A DNA stretch of 63,549 nucleotides, the filler included, from Welwitschia mirabilis (lineage: Eukaryota), in the NCBI GenBank assembly GCA_051453625.1. It is 6 parts of one record of this genome, joined end to end, with 100 filler letters (N's around TTAATTAATTAA, not from the genome) between each part and the next. Parts side by side here need not be neighbours in the genome. Positions count along the whole stretch, not along the records: positions 1 to 25,123 come from JBOZIK010000001.1; positions 25,224 to 40,590 come from JBOZIK010000001.1; 4 more parts are not named here. One strand, written 5' to 3'. Numbering within the stretch: the first letter of the stretch is position 1; every line of letters starts with the position of its first letter. The notes below the pieces were generated by a model. It did no database searches. It was not told where the DNA came from and saw nothing but the letters and a program-made list of their open reading frames with translations. The position numbers were made by a program, and so were the translations under genes. This document shows positions 15,001 through 27,389 of this stretch, in pieces.

Positions 15001-17043
15001 ATGTCTTGAACATTCACTATCAAAATGCTAATGCACATCATTAGTAGTAGATAAAGCTATATGATTTAAAAGACTCTTATGACTTTTTCACAACTCTATT
15101 TAACATTAATATTTATCCTTTCTTTACAAAATAAAAATCAATAAGAGTATCAAATCTAAAAAAGGTGTTATTGATATAACAATTAATTCTAATGTGACCA
15201 AACTTATTGCAAAAATGACATGTAATATATTTATTAATTTATTAATCTTTTTAGTGCATTCAATGTCTTTAACATAAGGTTGAACATCAAGTGATTTGAA
15301 GTTTTAGAATACAAGAACCTTACCATTAAATATTGAAGAGGATTTTTTTGAGGAAGTAGACACAAAAGAGGAAGAAAAAGGTGAAATATATTTTGAGCCA
15401 CCTTTGTTACCCAATGCTCTTTCCTTGAATAGCATAGTCCTAAATGATTTGTTACCTATAGAAGAATTCAAAATAATTTTACTCAAATTATTAGTTTTTA
15501 AAAGTAAAATCTCATATTATAACTCTCTTTCTCTTGAGATCTCTTAAAGACTTTTGGTATTCTTCTTAATGTAGGCTGCTTGTTCCCTAAAGTTCTTTTA
15601 TAAGCTTTAACTTTAATTTTAAGTTTTTCTTTTCTCATTTAACTTGTGTTGGATGCTTATTTAATTGAATGTTTTCCTTTAACATACTTTTTATCTCCTC
15701 ATAATGTTCTTGGTATAGCTTTATTATATATTCTTTTTATTTATCATTCTCACTTTTTAAATCTTCTTTATTATCTTCTATTGTATTATTATATCAACAC
15801 CATTAATGTCGAACTAATCCTATCCATTACTTTCTTCATTAGTTGTAAGACTTAACACATTCTCTAATACTAACTCATGTAAGTTACTTAAATCAAATTT
15901 AAAACCATAATTAACCTTTGTAATGAGTGCTAGTAAATGCTATACGAGGAAGTGTCTTATTACTAGAAGCATCTTCACAATCTGAATCATCACTATCCTA
16001 AGTGGACACATTGCTCTTTTCTTTCTTTCTTTCTTTCTTTTTTTTAGGGATTCCTAAATGCATTCTTCTTGTATTTGTTTAAAACTCAATGACATGTGAC
16101 CAAATCCTTTACTAACATAGCATCAAGTGCTCCTTCTTTTGAGTTACCCTTTGATCTTGAAGATGAAGTTCCCAGATCCCTCATCTTTTTTTATGTTTTA
16201 CATGTAAATATCTTCTTAAAAGTTTTTGTAAATAGGGCTAATTTTTCATCCTTATTAGAATCAGAATTGAAAAATGAACAACTAGTAGATTCAACATTTT
16301 TATTTCTAGAAGGAGGGATTTGATTTGCATTTAAAGACATATATATATCTTTGTTACCTTTTAAAGATGTCATAATTCAAAGGTTAAGATATCACTTGCC
16401 GATTCTTCAAGCTTGATCTTCTTAATAGTTTTTACATCTTTAATGGATAATACCTTGTTCTCCTAGGCCTTGAGAAGTAATCTTAGAATCGTCTTAACTA
16501 TTTGACTTGTCTTCAAAGGTTCTTCAAGTTCCCATAGCCTATTGACAATGTTTATTAGTTTATTGTTGAAATTTGTAAATGTCTTATCTTCTTACATCTA
16601 GATTTGTTTAAATTATGTCATCAACATTTACTTCTCTATCTTTTCTAATTAACTTATTTCTATATAAGTCACTTATATAAAATCTCAAATATCATTAGTA
16701 GCAATAACATTTCTTAGTTTTCTACATTGTGACTATAACTTAAAGCATTTATAACTTTCTTATTAAGCATGCTTTATATTTATCAACACCTTTTCATTTA
16801 CTCTTTGACTTGCTCACAAATGTTATAACATTATTAATTACTTGTGATTCCATGGAAGGTTGAAATCCTTGCTTAACAACATTTTAATAATCAAAGCTCA
16901 TGGCTTTAATAAAAACTTGCATTCTTATCTTTTAAAGTTCATAGTTGTCACTACTAAAGTAGAAAGGATAATTAATTAATTTACCTTCCATCTTTAGAAA
17001 TATATTGAATGTTTAAAAACAAGAAAAAGATACCTAAATTAAA

Positions 17044-17055
17044 GCTTTGATATCA
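17044..17055 (-). promoter_or_regulatory. Degenerate tRNA-iMet primer binding site
   Basis: gctttgatatca versus canonical gctctgatacca (reverse complement of TGGTATCAGAGC), two C>T changes. It lies between gag and the LTR. Confidence 0.65.
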
Positions 17056-17057
17056 AT

Positions 17058-18007
17058 TTATAAGATTACCTATTCTAGAGGGAAGAGGTGAATAGAATAG
17101 CTAACATAATTTTGGTAACTTTAAAGTTTACTCTTTGAAGAAATAATGCAATTAATCTAGTAAAATAAACTATAATTAGTTTTACTAAAACTCTAATTAT
17201 AATTCATGCAAATGATAATTTAGTTCTATGAAATTTACAAAAAATTAAGAACATAAGAGACTAATGTAAAGAAAACAAGTCTACTTTCCTTTATCTCGTG
17301 TGTATTCTCTAGTCATACTCTATAGGACTTTATGCTAACCATCCACTAATACAATAATAATCCTCAATGAGTAACACAAGCTCTAATTTACTTGCTTACA
17401 TAGTGATGTTCTCTTTTTTAAGAAGAGAAAATATAAAGAGTGAGTATGAGAGAGTTTACAAGATCTTTGGAAAGATTAAAAAAAGATCAAAATAATTTTA
17501 ATGGCTTTTATATTTATAACAAATGAAATATAGTTTTTGATTATAATTATGATGTTTTAAATGAGTATTGAGGTTTCAAAATGATTTGTTTTCTTTCTAA
17601 TAAAACTTTATATAGTTATTTGTATTCTTTAAACGACTGTAATTTTATTGATCGTTGAACTAATAGTCAAACACTTTAAGGACATAAACAATCCCTTATG
17701 ATATAATATGGAAGATTACTTTGGATGATTAAGCCCTTAAGGTGCCTAATCAACCCATTATAAAACATTAATTTCTTAGGTAATTGAGCTCTGAACAGTG
17801 TTGATTGACTACAAGAATCATGTTCATTTACTTTATACTAGGTGGTAGACCTCCAAGTTTTGCTAGGTTTTCACAAAGATCAATCTCTAAAATGTACTAG
17901 TTACTCATAAAATTATGAAAGATAATTTTGATTTAGGCAATTGACCCTTTGATAAAGATTGGTTGACTATACTCTGGAATTATATAATGTTTGTTGATCT
18001 TAACGCA
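17058..18007 (-). repeat. 5' LTR of the ancient copia element
   Basis: Adjacent to the PBS; begins with the ctagagggaagaggtgaatag motif shared with the other SIRE LTR ends in this window; repeats 8131-9083. Confidence 0.8.
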
Positions 18008-18296
18008 TGATTTGTGTATAGTAATAAATTTGATTTAACTAAGTAAAACACTTAGTATCATTCTTTCACAAGGATATATGTGGTAACTTTTACAAAAGGG
18101 ACCTGATTATTACAACTTGCAATGAAAAGGAAAACAAAATGAAAACTGAAATTTTAGAAGAAAGTGACCTTTGATTGGAAACATAAGGAAACAAAAATTT
18201 TCCAAGGATCTAGCCAATTTATCCAACTCTCTACCTTTGCTTCAATGATTTTTTTAATCTTAAACTTAATAATTAAGTAAGCTCCACTTAAAAATT

Positions 18297-18497
18297 ACTA
18301 ATGCTAAACAAATTATGCAATAATAATAAAAGGTAAAAACCTATTTAAGAATTAGTCCTACCTAAATATTGCTAATGCTAAATGAATTATGCAATAACAA
18401 TAAAAGGATTAAAACTAATTTTATAACTAGTTGTACCTAAATATTATCAATATCAAATGACTTTATGCATTAATTATGAAAGGGTTTGAACTAATTC
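18297..18497. repeat. Diverged tandem repeat, ~75-bp unit, ~2.7 copies
   Basis: The unit ctaatgctaaa..aattatgcaataa.aataaaagg..aaaac.tatt...a.tagt..tacctaaatatt recurs at ~18297, ~18372 and ~18447. Confidence 0.7.
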
Positions 18498-21400
18498 TTT
18501 TATTAAAACTGAAATAGATATACATTACATTAATTGAAGATAGAGGTAAAGAACAGAAATGTCTTAACTAGTCTTGGATCATTCTATCCTCAAGAAAGGT
18601 TATTAGAGTTCCATGACATTATAGACTTTAATTCTTTCCCATATTAAGCCAACTAAAAGATGTCCACAATGGGCACTCAAGACCCTTTGATAAATGACAA
18701 GATGCTTTAAGAGATTCATCACAATTGTGTTAGGTGTTGTTATTATGCATTAAGTGGAAAATTACATAACGAAAATTAATTAAGGATGGTTACATAAGAA
18801 GGAAGTTACAAGTCTTTCGCATGTAGCCATAAGGAAAGGTTCTTTGTCTTCTTGTGAAAAAACGGGGATGATGTGTTCTTTGACTACTAATGATGCTGCC
18901 AGCAAATACCATGTCATGTATCTTCCATATGATCATCCTCATTATGCCACATGTTTCTTTGACATGTCATTTTATACTTCCACCATGTGTTATCAGGTTT
19001 AAAGATTTACTTTGGATTAATTTTGACTTAGTCCATGAGTTATTTGTGATTAATTTACCTAGTTAATAAAGGAACGTACATGCAAAACCAACATTTAGCA
19101 TTGGAATTTCTTTAGATTTGTCATTATTCTTCATAATATAGCAAGAAACTTGCCAATGTTATAAAAAACTCATATTTACATGAAAACATGATAAAAAGAG
19201 TAGAGGACATTAATATGTGATAAAACATTGTGTTTTAATGTTTTTCCCTATGCTAAATTAATCAATTATACTTGCTTAAATGTCAATTTTTACATGTAAA
19301 TAATGCACATCTTGGTTAGATTCTTATCCATCAATTGTAAGTGCCTTAAGTCCCTTTATTGAATATTTCTAATTTCTATTCCAAGTCCTTCATATACGTC
19401 CTACACAAATATCATTTTAGTAAATAATTAAATCAATATTTGACTTGTCATCAATTAATACTTGGGAGATGTAACAAATTATTTTATTTGGAGTCATGTA
19501 CGTGGACATCCTTCTTTTACTTAACCAAGTTTTTCTTTCCTTTAGTTTTGTGAAATACTCATAAATAGCATTTATAGTAGTCTCCATGGGAGTTTAGTAT
19601 CATATTTAATAGTCTATCATACTTTATACTTGAGAGACTATAAGTATACCAACTTCTTCATATTCCAATAGGCGTATTTTGTTACATTGAAGAGTGGAGA
19701 TCTAGTAGTTCAAAAGCCCCTTTATAGAATTTCATTCAAGGGTTTTATGGCTTTTCATAAGTACTAGCTCTAACACCACTTAATGTTAATTAAACTTAGT
19801 GGGACGAGTGAATGAATTTCAAATAAAAACTTTTATTGTAAACAAAACTTAAGAGTAGTAAAAATTAAGAACATGTAAAATGAAATGGAAACTCTTACTG
19901 ATTTAATATGGTTTTCCAATCTAGCTACTCAACACTTGAAGGGTTGAATCTATTACACCTCTAAATCTTTACAAATTATCAAAAGCATTATGACTTATGG
20001 CTTATTAGCAACCTCACAAATGTAGTTTCAAGAGTCTTACCTAAGATTCAAAAATAAAATACAAGTATTTTTCTTAAGAACATATCACAATGTATTACCT
20101 AACACATTACAAATTAGAAATCCAACTTGGATCTAGTAACATGAAATCCTCATACAGATAAAATACAAGTAAATATAATATGTAAAACTATAAATATTCT
20201 TGTATAACCATATGTCCACCTTTGAGTACAAATGTAATAAATAAAAATGACAAGCTTGAAATAATAGAGAATGAATGTAAGAAAAATATATATTTCTTAC
20301 TAGTAAGAAAAAGAGATGAGATGAAAAATGTATTTATACCTCCTTCTTCTTCTTCTTCTTTACAATGCAGTAGTGATGATAATTCTTCTGTAAAGAATGC
20401 AAAAATGTAATAGCTTAAAGAAAAGGATTCCAACCTTTAATGACAATGCCTTATTTCTATTCATCTTTCTAATATATTATTTTAGTTTTCTTTATTTTTT
20501 GCTTATTTCCTTCTATTTCCTCATGTATTTAGTAATTTCTTATTTTCAATTTTTAACTCCTCTATGATTCTTTTTGTGTAAATATTATAATGGCTAAGGG
20601 TTTTAGTTTCCTCTTATGTGGGACCCCTCTATTAGATTTTTCTCGTAGGGAGTTGAATGGCTATTTTATTTTTTATTTTAACTCATAGTAGATTTATTTC
20701 AATGTTTTAGACATCTTCTTATGCTATAGACATTTCCATTATCTGTAGATGTCTTCTAAATCTATAAATATCTTTAAATGAAGGCCACTTAATTGAGCTA
20801 TGTCATCTTATATTTTGTTAATAATTGTAGGTAATCTTTACCTACTATGGATGTATTTACTATAACTATTTGAAAATACATCACACACTATTCCTTATGT
20901 AGTATAGTTGAACTAAAATAAACTAGGTGAATACTTAGTATCATTCTTTCATAAGGTTAATTATGATGGATTAACAAAAATTACATAGAGTTTTCTAACT
21001 TATATTTACAATCCAAAGAAATCAAAGAATCAAGAGTTTCAGAGTGTTGATAAAACTTTAATTGAAAAGATATAAAAATAAATAAACTCTAAGGTTTTGG
21101 CTTAATTTATCCATAAAAAATCCTTCACTCCAATGATACCTAACAAATTCCTAAAACATAACTTAAACTATGAAGTTATAATAGATTAAATCATAATGCA
21201 AAATCTCATTCAGCATATGAGAATTAATGAATTCAATAGTAGCTTGATCTTTCATAGCCCTTTAATAAGTATAAAAGATAAGAACTTATAGTACTCAAAA
21301 TCCATTAAAATAAAAGTGACTCAAATCAACTAACTTATGAAATTTGCTCAGTTAATAATATAACTTGATAATATAGTTTTTCCTTAAGTATTACAAGTAT

Positions 21401-21976
21401 AAATATATTTATAACTTGAAATTAAGACTAAATAAGTACTTTGTTATTAAATTAAAAAAACATATTACATTAAGAGAAGAAGATAATGCTAGTGTAAACT
21501 CCTTAAACTATCCTTAAAACAAGTTCAATCTCAAAGAAGGTACTTAAAAGGTCATCTCAATTGTAATACTCTAAATATTTATAATATGCTTTGCTAATCA
21601 AAGGATCCTTATAAATGGGAGCTCAAATCCTTTTATAGGTGTGTATGAGGGGGGTTGTAATTGAAAACCTTTATCTTGTAGTGTCAGATTGATGATTATA
21701 AAGTTTTGTCATGTGGCATCAGGTAAAGTCTTTATCTTCTCAAATTAGGTATTTTTTCCTCAAACTTTAGAGAAATTATGAACTTCTAGTAAAAAGATAA
21801 TGAGACTTTTCTCAAACTTTAGAGAAATTTAAGTATTTTTTCCTCAAATGTTCTTAACATGGCTTTGAGCAAGGTAAAACCATTAGTTTCTTCTATAAGG
21901 GTCTTTCTTCAAATCATAGGTAAATTGTTGAGATGATGTATTTAAGAAGTTTATTAGATTTGGATATTGATGAATC

Positions 21977-22340
21977 TTGAAAATTTTTAGAAAAAAATTT
22001 GAGAGTTTAAAGGATTGGGAGAAGCCAAATTATCCTTCTAGATCACATCAAATTATTAAAGCAACTAGCATATTTAAGATTCTTGAAAATATTGAGATTA
22101 ACAATAAATTAGCTGAGATTTCTAGAAAGATCAAATCACTTGCCATTTATTCTAAACCTATTATATTCCAAACTAGTTGTTCCATTTTCCATGTAGACAC
22201 TCCTAAAACTTTGGAAGATGTAGTAAAGAATCAAGTAAATGCTTTAGAATAATCCTAACAAACTCAAAGAGTAAATACTCCTCATTCCAATAGTTATAAT
22301 CTTAGATAGAGAAATCACCCTAAATTTTCATAGAAATAAA
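21977..22340 (+). mobile_element. Degenerate Athila-like gypsy gag fragment
   Basis: ...NQVNALE followed by SNSYNLR*RNHPKFS*K at ~22285-22336, matching the SNTYNPGWRNHPNFSW gag motif with both W codons mutated to stops. Confidence 0.6.
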
Positions 22341-23274
22341 AATAATTACAATGAACATTCAACTAGCTAATATAGAAATCATTATTATTCATCTTTTAGT
22401 AATTATTATTATTCTCAAACTTTAGATAAATTAGGTAAGAATCATTATGATAGTGCAAGATGTGGCTTCTAGATGCTAATGCTTTTGTAAATTGTTAATA
22501 TTGGTATGTGTCTTCCATGTCATCTCACTTAATACTATCACATGTTACTACTACATGTCTTTTGTGTTATTGCCACGTTTCATTTAGAATGTTAGATATT
22601 TTTATGTAAATTATGATTATGACCATTATTGCAATGCATATTTGTGCTTCTAATTCCAATATTCTAAAGATCAAATTTAACTTATAACATCTGAAAAATC
22701 TAATAATCTAATTGCACATAATACACATTTGTACAGTGAAATCAACTCAAATGTCATACACTTAGAGAATACTTCTAAAAGAGAATATGAAATATTATTT
22801 TTATAAAGCAAAATATATTTTGGGATTTTTCTCTAAAGGAAATGAAATTAAACAATGCAAAGATGAAGATGAAATGCAATGCAATGGAATGCAATGTCAT
22901 GAATGCAATTCTAATGTAATGAATTAATTAAAATTCTAATCTACTATTACTTAGATTGGTCCTTATTACCTATTTTAATTACAAAGTCATTTCACTTAAA
23001 TTGCAATTAAGATAAGCTATAAAGAAGAAAAATAAAAAAATTTGAAAATATTTCAATTCAATCAATACTTTTATTAATGAAATTAAATTACATCCACTTA
23101 CTATAATAACTCCTCAATGCAAGATTCATTGCTCAACACCAAGGTGGTCCTTCTCACAAGTAGGATGGATTTCCTTACCTCCAAAAATCTCTAATTATCA
23201 CAAGAATGTAGATGATAAAAAATGATTTTGTATAGGGTCTGAAAGTGTCTATTTATAGGTTGAGATAAGTCACT

Positions 23275-23560
23275 AAGGGATGTGAAATGAAGAGGTGTGA
23301 GTTAGATCCACCTTTCCATAACAATTTAATTAAGATTACAAATTATTTTGACTATTGTCTATTGTGTCGTCACCATGATAAATAGGACAACACTACATCT
23401 ACCAACTAATGCTTAGCACATGTCAAAAATGCTAACTGTTATCTCAATCGTGATTCCCATAACACAAAGGACGACCAGACTGTTGTCCCCTTTGTCATCC
23501 CTACGACATGAAGGATGACCAATATATCTTCATCAAATTGCTCTGGTCCATTGTTATCCA
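23275..23560. repeat. Dispersed repeat copy 1 (probable LTR fragment); copy 2 at 25225-25522
   Basis: Shared tgtgaaatgaagaggtgtga.ttagatccac, tacaaattattttga, taatgctta.cacatgtc.aaaatgctaact and ttatccaaaaat in the same order. Confidence 0.75.
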
Positions 23561-25224
23561 AAAATGGCTTCTTATGTTAAAAATTATTACATATTTTGGC
23601 CTATATGGAAGCTTTGTATAATTTGGATAAATCCCTAAAAAAGCCTATCGATAAGACCTAAAAATGTACTACACAACTGTATTAAATAAGTCAAGTTGAT
23701 AGCATAGCATATCTTCCCACTTAGCATTTGTCAGTCCCTGACAAAATAAGTGAATAACAAGTTGTGAGCCAACTAACGAAAAGAAATTCAAAACATGTAT
23801 ATCATTCAGAATTAAGAGTACAACATGTGAAATACATTTATAAAAAAGCATATGTGAAATTGATGTATATTATCAATCATTTAATTTAACATCATGGCAT
23901 ATATTTAGTGAAAAAATTTTGGTTTACAAATCATGTAATATAGGTGTTTACCCCCTCAAACTAAATGACCAAGTTGTCTCGAGTTGCATAAGTCGTGAAG
24001 AAAAAGTAAAGCATGGTAAGATTTCATGATTACAAGATTAAGTAGTAGAAGAGGTTATAGAAAGGAATAATGTTAAAGAAAAGAAGAGCATCAATACTAT
24101 CATGCAAAAGTATGGTTAAGGCAAAGGTCAATTTGATTTTATGTATAATAATCAAGTAATAAAGAATGTAATAAGTAGACTACAAAATGACAAAGTCCTA
24201 AACATCATTTTGGGAGAGGTAAGAAAAATGACTTTGAAAATACAAACCCACATACTAAGATAATACAAAAACGAAAATGACAAGATAGAACATGAAGAAG
24301 ATTAATCTTTTGCCTAAAATTCAAACTAAGCAAAATTTCTTAGTAAGGTTATAAAGTGACTTAATATAAAAATGCATGATTTAATGTAGATCACTATAGA
24401 GTACCATTCAAAAGGGAAGTGATGATGATAATATCTAATAGTTATTTTTTCTAAAGTATCAAGTCATGTTTGGACTATAATTCAATCCATCTTTAGCTCT
24501 GATTACCATAATACTTTGATAAGATATCATTCAATGATCAATATACTCATATGCTCTTGAAGTCTGTGCCTCAGAGTGATGGGTGTTTTTAGTCAATGAG
24601 GTGTTAAACAATACTATTCATCATAATGAGGGGAGTGCAACTACTGCCAAGAGAATAAGGACATATAAGCTAAAGCTAGATTATGGCTAACTAATCCTCT
24701 AGCATAGTTCCCACAGCTATCATATCATACTGCTAAAGGCCTCTCTCAGGAAATTTGCCTTGATACACTTGTGGTAGTACATCAGGGTATAATTAAAAGA
24801 GGGCTATTCATTTTTATTTTTCTTTTTTTTCTAATTCCCTCTTTCTTTTCATTTTTTTATTTTTTCCCATTGACTTAGACTCCTCATTCTTAATAGCATT
24901 GATTAATCATTGGAATGATAAGGTAACAAAGTATATGGCTAAAAGTAAGCATCAAATTAACGTAACGGATATTTTATCATAAAATAACCAAGGATATTGA
25001 TTGTAGATATTGAAATATATTAAGATTGACTAAATCCTATCTTTATCACATGAAAACCCAAAGTAAAAAATTACTTAATCATGGTAACACCTATGGAAGT
25101 CAAACATAAATCAAGTTAAAGATNNNNNNNNNNNNNNNNNNNNNNNNNNNNNNNNNNNNNNNNNNNNTTAATTAATTAANNNNNNNNNNNNNNNNNNNNN
25201 NNNNNNNNNNNNNNNNNNNNNNNA

Positions 25225-25522
25225 AAGGGTGTGAAATGAAGAGGTGTGATTTAGATCCACTCTTTCATAACATATTAATTAATTTTACAAATTATTTTGA
25301 TCTTTGTCTGTCGATTCATCCCCATGGCAAAGAGGATGATACCCCATCTACAAATTAATGCTTAACACATGTCGAAAATGCTAACTATCATCCTGATTAT
25401 TGTCCTCATGACACATAGGACAACCATACTTTTCTGACTATCATCCCCTCTATCATTTCCATAACATGTGGACGACCAATATATATTTATCACATTTCTC
25501 TAGTTCATCATTATCCAAAAAT
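25225..25522. repeat. Dispersed repeat copy 2 (gap-bounded contig)
   Basis: Colinear similarity to 23275-23560. Confidence 0.75.
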
Positions 25523-25621
25523 NNNNNNNNNNNNNNNNNNNNNNNNNNNNNNNNNNNNNNNNNNNNNNNNNNNNNNNNNNNNNNNNNNNNNNNNNNNNNN
25601 NNNNNNNNNNNNNNNNNNNNN

Positions 25622-25731
25622 NTTTAACTTCATTCTTTTCGCAGCTACGATCCTATTCTGGGATTTGAGATTTGAACTTTCGCTAGCTAGTTCTACTCCA
25701 CTAATCATCATTGAAATATATCTTATCAACA
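25622..25731 (-). repeat. 3' LTR (partial, runs into a gap)
   Basis: Matches 33676-33785 (cattcttttc.cagcta...ctgggatttgagattt.aacttt...atcattgaaatatatctta..aaca) and abuts the PPT. Confidence 0.9.
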
Positions 25732-26177
25732 ATCTCCCCCTTTTCAATGATAATAATCCTTGTATTGAGAGTGATGAGGAATGTTTGCTCCCCTTCAATT
25801 TTAGCTCCGATTTGATTTTGCTAAAAACCGTCAACCTATAAATAGAATCTTTGTACAAATGAATATGTATATATGACTTGCTTACGTGAGGTTAGTAGGT
25901 TGAAATCAGGAAGTTAAATATTTGCATCCAATAGAGGCTTGCCAAATTTAGGTAGAGTGTATATACATACATACAAATTTGCTCATGGAAAAGAAAAGCA
26001 CAGGATAGGTATAGAAGAGAAAAATGTTTTGTTTTTTCATTAACTTTAGAAACATACAAATGATAGGTGCTCAGTACAAAGACACAAAATGTTCTACCCC
26101 TTTGTCATCATTGAAAATACAATATGTGAGATAAGAAATAGGAGACACACACAAAAAGTGAAGAGAAAGAGACAAGA

Positions 26178-27216
26178 TTAATCAGAAGATTCATCATGAT
26201 GTGGTGTTGATGTAGGTTCCCCTTGCTCTTCTTCTTCTAAATCAGGTGGAGTCTCAAACCCAAATGCTCAAAGCCCAAATACCATATGTGCCATTTTTCA
26301 GTGAACTTTGTCTGCTACAGATTTTGCTTGTTGAGCAATGTCCTTGACTTCCATAACTGCTTTTAATAAGTCTTTATTAGATACAGGACTAGCACTGGCA
26401 CTTTCCTCAGTTCTACGCTTCTTCTTTGGAGGAGGTGTGGGGCCAATAACATCAAAGAAGATATTCATTTTCTTCAGACTTTGTGTACAACAAATTGATG
26501 ATTTTCCAATAATGTTCTGAGTAAGCCTCCAAAAGGTAAACTGCAATAACTAATCATGAAGAACTAACTGATGATATACATAACGAATTTGCAAAGATTT
26601 ATTCTGACTCCAGTCCCCAAACAATACATAACATAGGCACACAATGGTGATACCTCATCTTTGTGCCCCATTTTTGGAACTAAATTATGAGTTGAAAATT
26701 GAAAAACAACCCTGTAAAATGGTTTTAGTTGGTTGGTGGGGATGTTTGCTCTCCATACAACATTTTTGCCACACAACTCTTCTGTTAAGACATCTTTCAT
26801 ACAACTTCTTGAAGGGAGCTAACTGAATTAATTTCCCTAAAGAAGCCTTCATTTGGATATGCAGTAATTAAAGAAATGGCTTCTAAATCTATTTCCACTG
26901 TTCTTCCATAAACCTTGGAAACTAGTTTCCATTCATTTCGTTCAAAATGAGCATTGCAATAAAATAATCTTACCATTTTAGTAGAAGCCTTGGTGTTAGG
27001 ATCCAGTGCATACATCCAACCCTGTTCTTCAAACTTGGGAACCAATCTCAGCTCATGTCTAAAAGATTTGTGATCTATCTTCCTTTCTTGAGCTATTGGT
27101 CTTGTAGAGAAACACCCAAACTAGTTCTTTTTGTGCTCGGGAGATTGAAACTATTATAATTCTGAAGCTAGTTCCTTTCCCTTTCTGGAAGCTACAAACT
27201 TAGTCTTCGCCATCAT
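26178..27216 (-). pseudogene. Env-like / extra ORF downstream of pol, broken by frameshifts and stops
   Basis: Lies between RNase H and the PPTs in the same sense as pol. Fragments: MMAKTKFVASRKGKE..., KFEEQGW...MVRLFYCN...SKVYGRTVEI, HNLVPKMGHKDEVS...YCLGTGVRINLCKFV, and a basic PPPKKKRR patch. This is the position and style of SIRE env-like ORFs. Confidence 0.7.
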
Positions 27217-27389
27217 GAACTGGCACAACAGGAGCTACAAGGGTTGAATGTGATGGAAGATTGAAAGAGAAGTTGCTAAAAACCAGAAGTCTAGATACAA
27301 AAACTACTTATATGATTCGATGCAAAAGGATGGTACCAAAACAAGGATGATGATGACAATGTAAGGGTACATTTTGAATATTTATACTA

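Larger units (their letters stand above)
8131..18007 (-). mobile_element. Ancient, heavily mutated Ty1/copia (SIRE-like) LTR retrotransposon
   Basis: PBS relic at 17044-17055. gag from ~16991 (MEGK...YEL*KIRMQVFIKA). Protease relic ~15030. Integrase ~14500-13730 (KSYFKIFSSKCYILK...SKAYRVY). RT ~13500-12500 (EGIDFDETYEPITRLKSI...HVYRLKKSSY). A long 3' region follows. Pairing with the left LTR crosses the gap at 9444-9543 and no PPT or TSD was confirmed. Confidence 0.7.

Noticed and set aside
24496-24508. PBS-like gctctgattacca (and gctctaacacca at ~19767)
   Set aside because: Imperfect, and not next to an LTR or gag that I can verify.
25168-25179. Recurring palindrome TTAATTAATTAA (also ~40635, ~43492, ~52387, ~58689)
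   Set aside because: Always centred inside N runs. It is an artificial six-frame-stop contig linker, not biology.
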